This document shows positions 22,386 through 29,148 of a stretch of DNA of 29,148 nt, piece after piece. The position numbers and the translations under genes are program-made. Numbering within the stretch: position 1 is the stretch's first letter; every line of letters starts with the position of its first letter. Below the pieces are notes generated by a model that ran no database searches, was not told the origin of the DNA, and saw only the letters and a list, made by a program, of their open reading frames with translations. Source of the stretch: a virus (Duplodnaviria; Caudoviricetes); the IMG/VR virus record IMGVR_UViG_3300021514_000007, positions 1 through 29,148 of that record. One strand, written 5' to 3'.

Positions 22386-25048
22386 AGGCATTACACGCAT
22401 TACTTTCATTTAACCGAGGTTTAGTCTCTCGTCTTGCGCTTGCACGTATTGACTTAAAGCGAACAAGCCTTTCTGCCGAAGTACAAACTAACTGGATACC
22501 GAGAGTTTTAGGCTCAATGATGCTTCGTCCAGGCTTTAAGTATGTCGGCTCAACAAAATCTGACCTACCCGCTAAAATAATCCCTTTCATGTTCACAACA
22601 AGCGACAGTATTAAAGTCGAATTGACTAACCTGCTTATGCGCGTGTGGATTTCAAATGAACTTATTACTCGCTCTGCGGTGACTGCCACTATTACCAACG
22701 GGGCATTTACTTCTGATGTGACAGGCTGGACGGATTCTGACGAATCAGGTGCAGTCTCAGCATGGCTAACTGGCGGGTATTTGTCTTTATTAGGGGCGGG
22801 CGTTAATTCAGCTATTCGAGATCAAGAAGTCACTGTAACCGAAACCGGCACAGAGCATGGGCTTTCAATTCATATTCAGCGTGGAATCGCAGTATTAAGG
22901 ATTGGATCAACAATTGGTGATGATGATTATCTTCCAGATACCATTTTACGTGAAGGCTATCATTCTATTGCAGTCACGCCGACCGCTAATATGTGGATCA
23001 GACTTTCAAGCTCTACCAGCTACGCTTCATTAGTTGATAGTATTGCTATTGAGTCAGCGGGCGAAATGGAGGTGACAACGGCATGGCCTGAGTCTGCCCT
23101 ACAAGATACCCGTTACGATCAATCTGGCGATGTTATCTTCATGGCCTGTAAGGACTATCAGCAATACCGAATAGAGAGACAAGATACACGCTCATGGTCT
23201 GTGGTGAAATACTTGGCAGATGATGGGCCGTTTAAGCTTATTAACACCGGACCTATTCGTATCACGCCTAGCGCATTGAGTGGTGATGTCACATTAACAG
23301 CCACAAAAGACTTGTTTAAGTCTACTAATGTCGGTTCATTATACGAATTAACCTCAACAGGGCAGAATGTTGTTGCGAGCATTTCAACAGAAGACACGTT
23401 TAGCGATCCAATCCGTGTCACTGGTGTAGGGTCGTCACAAAGACAATTCTCAATATCTTTAACGGGTACGTGGTCTGCGACTGTACATTTACAGCGGTCA
23501 GTCGGTGAAGCGGGTGATTGGACAGATGTTAAAAGTTATACGGTTAACGGGGTTGATAATTATAATGACGGGCTAGATAACCAGATCATTTATTACCGCG
23601 TTGGCATTAAAACAGGAAACTACACGTCTGGAACGACCGAGATAGCGATTGTTTACACGTCAGGGTCTATTACCGGAATAGCAAGAGTTACCGCCTACAC
23701 AAGTGCTACGGTAGTTAGTGCGCACGTCTTGGTGGCGTTAGGTGGCACAGACTCAACAGATGATTGGGCGGAAGGCGAATGGTCAGACAGACGCGGTTGG
23801 CCTACCTCCGTCGTTTTGCATGATGGTCGTCTTTGGTGGGCAGGTAAAGACAATATATGGGGGTCTGTGTCTGATGGGTTTAATTCATTTGATGCAAATA
23901 CCGAGGGAGATTCTAGCCCCATTCAACGTAGTATCGGCTCTGGTCCGGTAGATGTGATTAACTGGCTTGTCTCAACAACTAATTTGTTAGTGGGTGCTGA
24001 TGGGTCTGAATTAATCGCAAGAGCATCTAGCCTTGATGAACCTTTAACGCCGTCTAATTTTGGCTTAAAGCCCGTCGAAACATTAGGCTCTGCAACGATT
24101 AAAGCGGTCAAAGTTGGAACAAATGTTATTTTTGTTCAACGTAACGGCTCAAGAGTGTATGAATTGTCTTTTGATGGCGGCACTTATAATTATGTGGCGA
24201 ATGACCTTACCGCAATTGTGCCTGAAATTGGATTACCTTCATTTGTCCGTATTGCCGTTCAGAGACAACCTGATACCCGTATTCATATTGTGCGCTCAGA
24301 CGGAAAAGTGGCTGTATTAATTTATGACAAAGTAGAAAACGTAACCTGCTGGATGCTTGTTGAGACAGATGGAATTATTGAAGATGTCATTATTAACCCT
24401 GGCACCGAAGAAGATGAAGTTGCTTATGTGATTAAACGGACAATAAACGGATCAACAAAGCGATATATCGAAGAATGGGCATTAGAAAGCGAAGCTCAGG
24501 GCGGTGAAACAAATAAATGTATGGATTCTCATGTCACTTATTCAGGAACATCAGCAACAATCATGACAGGATTAAGCCATTTAGAGGGCGAATCGGTGGT
24601 TGTTTGGGGAAATTCCAAGTATTTAGGCGAATATACCGTATCAAGCGGGTCAATTACCTTATCCGAGGCTGTGACCTTAGCTTATATCGGGCTGACGTAC
24701 ACCGCTCAATTCAAAAGCGCGAAACTTGCCACCGCTGTAGCAACACAACAAAACCCAACTCCTTTAACTCAGCGTAAGCGAATAGACCATTTAGGGCTTG
24801 TGTTAGCGGACACTCACGCTTCCGGCCTTCAGTATGGCGTTAGCTTTGATGAATTAGATGACCTACCTTTAGTAGAGCAAGAATTAGAGGTCGATCCAGA
24901 TGCAATTCATACTGATTATGATATGGACTCCATCGAAGTCAATGGAGAATGGAGTACTGATACCCGTCTTTGCTTGCAGGCAGTCGCACCAAAACCATGC
25001 ACCGTATTAGCGGCAGTCATTGGGATAAGCGCACATGACAAGATGTGA
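22382..25048 (+). CDS. tail tubular protein B / nozzle (T7 gp12-like)
   Basis: 888 aa; SFNRG.VS, N.IP...G....RPG, GWP..V..H..RLW.AG, LTP.N. Confidence 0.85.
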   Translation: MKALHALLSFNRGLVSRLALARIDLKRTSLSAEVQTNWIPRVLGSMMLRPGFKYVGSTKSDLPAKIIPFMFTTSDSIKVELTNLLMRVWISNELITRSAVTATITNGAFTSDVTGWTDSDESGAVSAWLTGGYLSLLGAGVNSAIRDQEVTVTETGTEHGLSIHIQRGIAVLRIGSTIGDDDYLPDTILREGYHSIAVTPTANMWIRLSSSTSYASLVDSIAIESAGEMEVTTAWPESALQDTRYDQSGDVIFMACKDYQQYRIERQDTRSWSVVKYLADDGPFKLINTGPIRITPSALSGDVTLTATKDLFKSTNVGSLYELTSTGQNVVASISTEDTFSDPIRVTGVGSSQRQFSISLTGTWSATVHLQRSVGEAGDWTDVKSYTVNGVDNYNDGLDNQIIYYRVGIKTGNYTSGTTEIAIVYTSGSITGIARVTAYTSATVVSAHVLVALGGTDSTDDWAEGEWSDRRGWPTSVVLHDGRLWWAGKDNIWGSVSDGFNSFDANTEGDSSPIQRSIGSGPVDVINWLVSTTNLLVGADGSELIARASSLDEPLTPSNFGLKPVETLGSATIKAVKVGTNVIFVQRNGSRVYELSFDGGTYNYVANDLTAIVPEIGLPSFVRIAVQRQPDTRIHIVRSDGKVAVLIYDKVENVTCWMLVETDGIIEDVIINPGTEEDEVAYVIKRTINGSTKRYIEEWALESEAQGGETNKCMDSHVTYSGTSATIMTGLSHLEGESVVVWGNSKYLGEYTVSSGSITLSEAVTLAYIGLTYTAQFKSAKLATAVATQQNPTPLTQRKRIDHLGLVLADTHASGLQYGVSFDELDDLPLVEQELEVDPDAIHTDYDMDSIEVNGEWSTDTRLCLQAVAPKPCTVLAAVIGISAHDKM

Positions 25049-25406
25049 GATTAGAACAGCTACCGCAAAAGACGCTCATGATTTTTATGGGAAACCACCA
25101 TCGAATAGTTTTAAAGGGTTTGTGGCGGTTAAGTCTGGCAGGGTGATTGGAATAGGCGGCGTGTTCTATACAAAGACAGGGCTGATTGCTTTTTCAGATA
25201 TGAAACCTGAAATGCGACAACATAAGAAAGCGATAGTAAAAGGCTGTAGAATGATAATGGACATGGTAAAAAATGCGGAGGTTCCCGTTTATGCGGTCGC
25301 AAACGACAATGAGCCAACAGCAAATAATTTATTAGAAAGATTAGGGTTTGTTAATACAGGTGTAAAAAACGAACTTGGTGACACTTTAGTTTGGAGGGAT
25401 GAATAA
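25035..25406 (+). CDS. GNAT-fold protein (T7 gp13-like position)
   Basis: G.VIGIGG, A...LLERLGF. Confidence 0.65.
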   Translation: MTRCEIRTATAKDAHDFYGKPPSNSFKGFVAVKSGRVIGIGGVFYTKTGLIAFSDMKPEMRQHKKAIVKGCRMIMDMVKNAEVPVYAVANDNEPTANNLLERLGFVNTGVKNELGDTLVWRDE

Positions 25407-25912
25407 TGGCAGCTATGACAGCCTTTCAGGTAATATTTTCTGTTATGCAGGCGAGCGAAGAAAGAAAAGCCGGTAAAGCAGCGGATAAACTTGCTCAATT
25501 CAAAGCCGATCAACTTGAACAAAAAGCAGGGCAAGAAAGAGCGGTATCACAACGTAAAGCAGATAGCGCAAGACGCACCTCACGGTATGCTGAATCAAGA
25601 GCATTAGCTTTAGCTGCGGCTTCAGGTGGTGGTGCTTCCGATCCAACCGTTGTCAATATTATGGCGGGGATTGCAGGAGAGGGCGAAATGGCTGCTCAAT
25701 CTGCACTTTATGAAGGCGAAGAACGCGCAAGAGGTTCGGAAATGGCCGCAGATGCAAGTCGCTATGAAGGTGCTCAAGCTAAACGCGCAGGAAACATTAA
25801 AGCAGGAACAACCTTAATGAGTTCATTTTCTAAGTTTGGAAACCAAAGCTTGACCGAAAAATATACGCCAGGTGACGCTTATCAACCATCAGCAATGTAC
25901 TACGGACGATAA
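25406..25912 (+). CDS. internal virion (ejection) protein, gp14-like
   Basis: A/G/Q-rich, AAASG motif, synteny. Confidence 0.7.
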   Translation: MAAMTAFQVIFSVMQASEERKAGKAADKLAQFKADQLEQKAGQERAVSQRKADSARRTSRYAESRALALAAASGGGASDPTVVNIMAGIAGEGEMAAQSALYEGEERARGSEMAADASRYEGAQAKRAGNIKAGTTLMSSFSKFGNQSLTEKYTPGDAYQPSAMYYGR

Positions 25913-25914
25913 TA

Positions 25915-27576
25915 ATGGCTAAGTTACCAACAGCAATCGACTTTAATCGACAAACTCCTTCGGCTTCACGTCAAATAGTCGGGTATCAGACAGGACAAGT
26001 CGAAGCGGCGACCGCTAACTTCGCTCAGACAATGGGTGGCGTAATCGAGCAGGAACAAAAGAAACTTGACGATATTCGTGTTGAGGATGCCATCAATAAG
26101 GCTAAAATGAGCGCATTAGAGCTATCTAAGGGCGAGAATGGCTTCTCGTCTGTAAAAGGTGAGGATGTTGTCACTAAGCCTGTTAGAAACGATTACACAA
26201 CACGCCTGAATAAATCCTTTAAAGATATTGAAGGCGGATTAAACCAAAACCAAGTCGCACTATTTCGTCGTCGCTCACAACCTTTGTCGTTGTCTTATCA
26301 GTCTGGGCTTATCGGCCATATTGCCGGAGAGACTTCTAACTATCAGGATTCTACCGATATGGCGACCATTGATATTGAAACTCAAGATGCAGCGGCTAAT
26401 TGGACAGATCCACAGTCTGTTGTTAATTCAGCGTCAAGAATTAAGTACACTGTCAACAGCGTAGCGGATAGAAAAGGATTATCAGGTGCAGCAAAAGAGC
26501 AGTTATTAAATGATTCCATGACAAAAATGCACAAAGGTGTTATTTACTCAATGCTCGAATCAACGCCTAGCCAAGCCAAAATTTACTATTCAAAGAACAA
26601 GAAAGCCATTAATGGACTGGATAGAGCGTCAATTGAAGACGATTTAAACAAGGGCGCAGTAAAACAAGAGTCACAATCCTTAACAGATGAAGTAATTGCT
26701 AAAGATTTAAGCTCAACAGAGTCATTAGCTTTGATTAGAAAGAAGTCAGGTAAAAATGCTGATTTACGTGAAGCCTCGGTCAGTCTTTATAAGCAGCGGT
26801 CACACGAAACTGACTTAGCGATTAAAGATGCGACTTATGATGCGGGTATTTATATTGCAGAAAATGGCACGCTTGACGGTCTCCCACAAGAAACGCTAGA
26901 TATATTACCTGCTGATAAACGTAACACAATGGAAAAGGTTGCAAGAGAGCAGCGTCAAGGTGTTGAGCCAATTCAGAATCATAAAGAATGGAATGATTTT
27001 AATCTAAAGGTAGGGCGAGCTTATGCGGGTGATAAAGTCGCAATGAACTCCTTAAAGGATATGGATGTATACGGCGAATTAAGATTAAAGCTTGATGACA
27101 CTCATTATGACCAAGCCTTAGGTATGCAGCGCGCATTTACGACCAGCGACTCAAAAGAGAAAGCTAAAGCGGGCGCAATGGCGGGGCAAGTGGTTACTCA
27201 TGGTGCAGCGGCAAACGACTTTATTAACCAAATATTAAGCGTTAAGAAATCTTCAGATCGCAATGAATCAGGACAAGAATTTGCTCGCCAATTCATGCAG
27301 CTTGCTCAGGCTGAGATTAGCCAATGGGGAGTTGAAAACCCCAATAAGAAAATACCACCAACAGAAAGAAATAGAATTTACCGAGATTTAGCGCAAACGA
27401 TGATGGTAGAAGATGGCGGGTTTATGTGGTTTGACAAGGATTATGATATTGCCGATATTCCAGAAGATTACATTAACGTTATTGCTGATGACCTAAGACA
27501 AAACAATATCCCTGTTACTGGTAGAAATATGATTAATGCTTATTTAGCCGCTAAAGAAAAGGGGTTGATTGACTAA
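25915..27576 (+). CDS. internal virion (ejection) protein, gp15-like
   Basis: 553 aa helical, MAKLPT start, G.....KG.D; synteny. Confidence 0.65.
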   Translation: MAKLPTAIDFNRQTPSASRQIVGYQTGQVEAATANFAQTMGGVIEQEQKKLDDIRVEDAINKAKMSALELSKGENGFSSVKGEDVVTKPVRNDYTTRLNKSFKDIEGGLNQNQVALFRRRSQPLSLSYQSGLIGHIAGETSNYQDSTDMATIDIETQDAAANWTDPQSVVNSASRIKYTVNSVADRKGLSGAAKEQLLNDSMTKMHKGVIYSMLESTPSQAKIYYSKNKKAINGLDRASIEDDLNKGAVKQESQSLTDEVIAKDLSSTESLALIRKKSGKNADLREASVSLYKQRSHETDLAIKDATYDAGIYIAENGTLDGLPQETLDILPADKRNTMEKVAREQRQGVEPIQNHKEWNDFNLKVGRAYAGDKVAMNSLKDMDVYGELRLKLDDTHYDQALGMQRAFTTSDSKEKAKAGAMAGQVVTHGAAANDFINQILSVKKSSDRNESGQEFARQFMQLAQAEISQWGVENPNKKIPPTERNRIYRDLAQTMMVEDGGFMWFDKDYDIADIPEDYINVIADDLRQNNIPVTGRNMINAYLAAKEKGLID

Positions 27577-29148
27577 TGGGTATGTTTGCCGAAGCATTGC
27601 AGCAGACTGAGGACTTCGACAAGAAGCCTGATGTATTAGATTTGCAGCAAGAATCTAAGCAGCTTCAACTCGGCCTGAGTTTTGAGCAAACAACCGATGT
27701 AAACCCTGATGAACACGCAGAAGCTATGGACCTCTCAAAAGAGGTTAAACTGCCGCCTGATGCCATAAGACAAGACTTACCGACTTACCGCGAGCAATCA
27801 AGAAAACAAAAAGTCGATTATTCAAGGCTTTTAAAAGAGCATCCAAAACTATCTCAATCTTTAACCGATCCAGATTTTGCGAAGGTATCAGCGGACGACT
27901 TAGATAATCTAAGCCTTTTAGAGCGTATAACTCAAGGCTATAGCGAGACTGTTGATTACACTACAGAAACTATTGAAGACGTAGTAATTGGGTTTGAAGC
28001 TGGTCAAGTTACCGATAGGTTAGGTATTCTAGGTCAAGCGTCAATGATGGACGGAGCAACGCCAGAGCAGCAATCAAGAATTATCGAGCTTCAAAATAGA
28101 CTTGAGCACCTAAAAGGAACAGGTGGATTTCTAGAGAACGCCGCTAAGATCATAGGGCAAATGTCTGAAGGGTTCCCAGATGCGGCAAAAACAGGTGTCA
28201 CGACAGGATTAGCAACGGGAACAGCCGTTGCTATAGCGGGTCAGCTAGGGCCACAAGTAGCTCTTCCAGAAGAAGTTATTACTGTCCCTGTTGCGTTTGG
28301 CGGTGGCTTTACAGCAGGTTTCGGCGCAAAACAAGCAGAAAGAGCATATAAGGTGGAAGCTGGACATGCTTATCTTGATATGATCGAAACAGGAATAGAT
28401 CAGGATACCGCGCGTGTTGTCGCTCAGAGTGTTGGCACAATTAATGCGGCATTGGAGATGGTAGGGCTCTCGGCAGTAACTTCCCCTGTTAGAAAGCTAG
28501 CTTCAAAAATGGTGCGTGAAGCAGCAACAGAATATTTGATTAAGCCAACTATGGTAAAGGCCGCGAAAGGCTTTGCTAAAGATTATGTAACTGCGTGGGC
28601 TGGCGAGGTTACAACAGAAGTTTTACAAGAAATCGTCACAATGGCTGGTAGCGAGATTGCCCGCCAAATTACACCAGAAGAAATGGAGTCTTTATTATCC
28701 ACACCAGAAGGGAGAGCTCAATTCAAAGAGCAGCTTGCTGGTATTTTTGAGCAGGTCGGTAAAGGTATGGCGATACTTGCCTTGCCTGGAGCAAGCGTTA
28801 ACTTTGTTTACGAAACTAGAAAAGTAAAGCAAGCAACAAAGAATCAGCGTGTTATGGAGGCTTTAGGTGATGCCTCCGCTGAATCTAAAGTAAGACAGCG
28901 CGCGCCTGAGCAATTCCAGAAGTTCATTGACGAAACTACAAAAGATGGCCCAGTTGAGAATGTCTACATATCGGCTGAAAAGTTTGACGAGTATTTTCAA
29001 ACGCAAGGAATTGATCCAGATCAAGTAATGAGCGAATTACCTGAGATTCAAGAACAACTAGCTCAAGCAAGAGAAAGAAACGGCGATATTGTTATCCCGA
29101 TTAACCTGTATACAGGAAAGATAGCCGGTACAGAGCATCATGCCGGAT
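27576..29148 (+). CDS. large internal virion protein, gp16-like (partial, runs off the window)
   Basis: TAATG coupling; MGMFAEALQQ...; no stop in the part read by eye, and absence from the ORF track fits an ORF with no stop before the edge; G/A-rich hydrophobic segments. Confidence 0.75.
   Translation, partial: MGMFAEALQQTEDFDKKPDVLDLQQESKQLQLGLSFEQTTDVNPDEHAEAMDLSKEVKLPPDAIRQDLPTYREQSRKQKVDYSRLLKEHPKLSQSLTDPDFAKVSADDLDNLSLLERITQGYSETVDYTTETIEDVVIGFEAGQVTDRLGILGQASMMDGATPEQQSRIIELQNRLEHLKGTGGFLENAAKIIGQMSEGFPDAAKTGVTTGLATGTAVAIAGQLGPQVALPEEVITVPVAFGGGFTAGFGAKQAERAYKVEAGHAYLDMIETGIDQDTARVVAQSVGTINAALEMVGLSAVTSPVRKLASKMVREAATEYLIKPTMVKAAKGFAKDYVTAWAGEVTTEVLQEIVTMAGSEIARQITPEEMESLLSTPEGRAQFKEQLAGIFEQVGKGMAILALPGASVNFVYETRKVKQATKNQRVMEALGDASAESKVRQRAPEQFQKFIDETTKDGPVENVYISAEKFDEYFQTQGIDPDQVMSELPEIQEQLAQARERNGDIVIPINLYTGKIAGTEHHAG

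Noticed and set aside
18227-25817. Short alternative-frame and antisense ORFs inside structural genes (e.g. 18227, 20217, 22309, 23158, 23695, 24114, 24517, 25626)
   Set aside because: Short, motif-free, expected by chance inside long genes

Overview
A 29-kb piece of a tailed dsDNA phage (or prophage) genome. The structural module is podovirus-type: T7/epsilon15/BPP-1-like portal, scaffold, capsid, adaptor, nozzle and internal virion proteins, with a P22 gp3-like small terminase. The left end (1-2439) is a leftward operon with a replication-protein-like gene and an HNH. Region 2.4-4.3 kb holds promoters, terminators, an HNH, two tRNAs and several structured RNA candidates. Region 4.3-12.4 kb is a rightward early/middle block: C5 and N6A DNA methyltransferases, ERF recombinase, SSB-like protein, nuclease. 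From 12.5 kb onward are packaging and virion genes. The most striking element is a 332-aa intein in the large terminase that has no recognisable in-frame endonuclease. Instead it carries a complete HNH homing endonuclease gene on the opposite strand, with its own candidate promoter and RBS, while the terminase frame stays open across it. A second dual-coding case is a cytosine methyltransferase whose motif IX and repeated TRD-like units lie in a nested +1 frame. Other points are two paralogous HNH genes sharing a c4-like structured leader, three related operator/promoters, tRNA-like elements and a partial gene duplication. All product calls come from motif recognition by eye; no database search was run.
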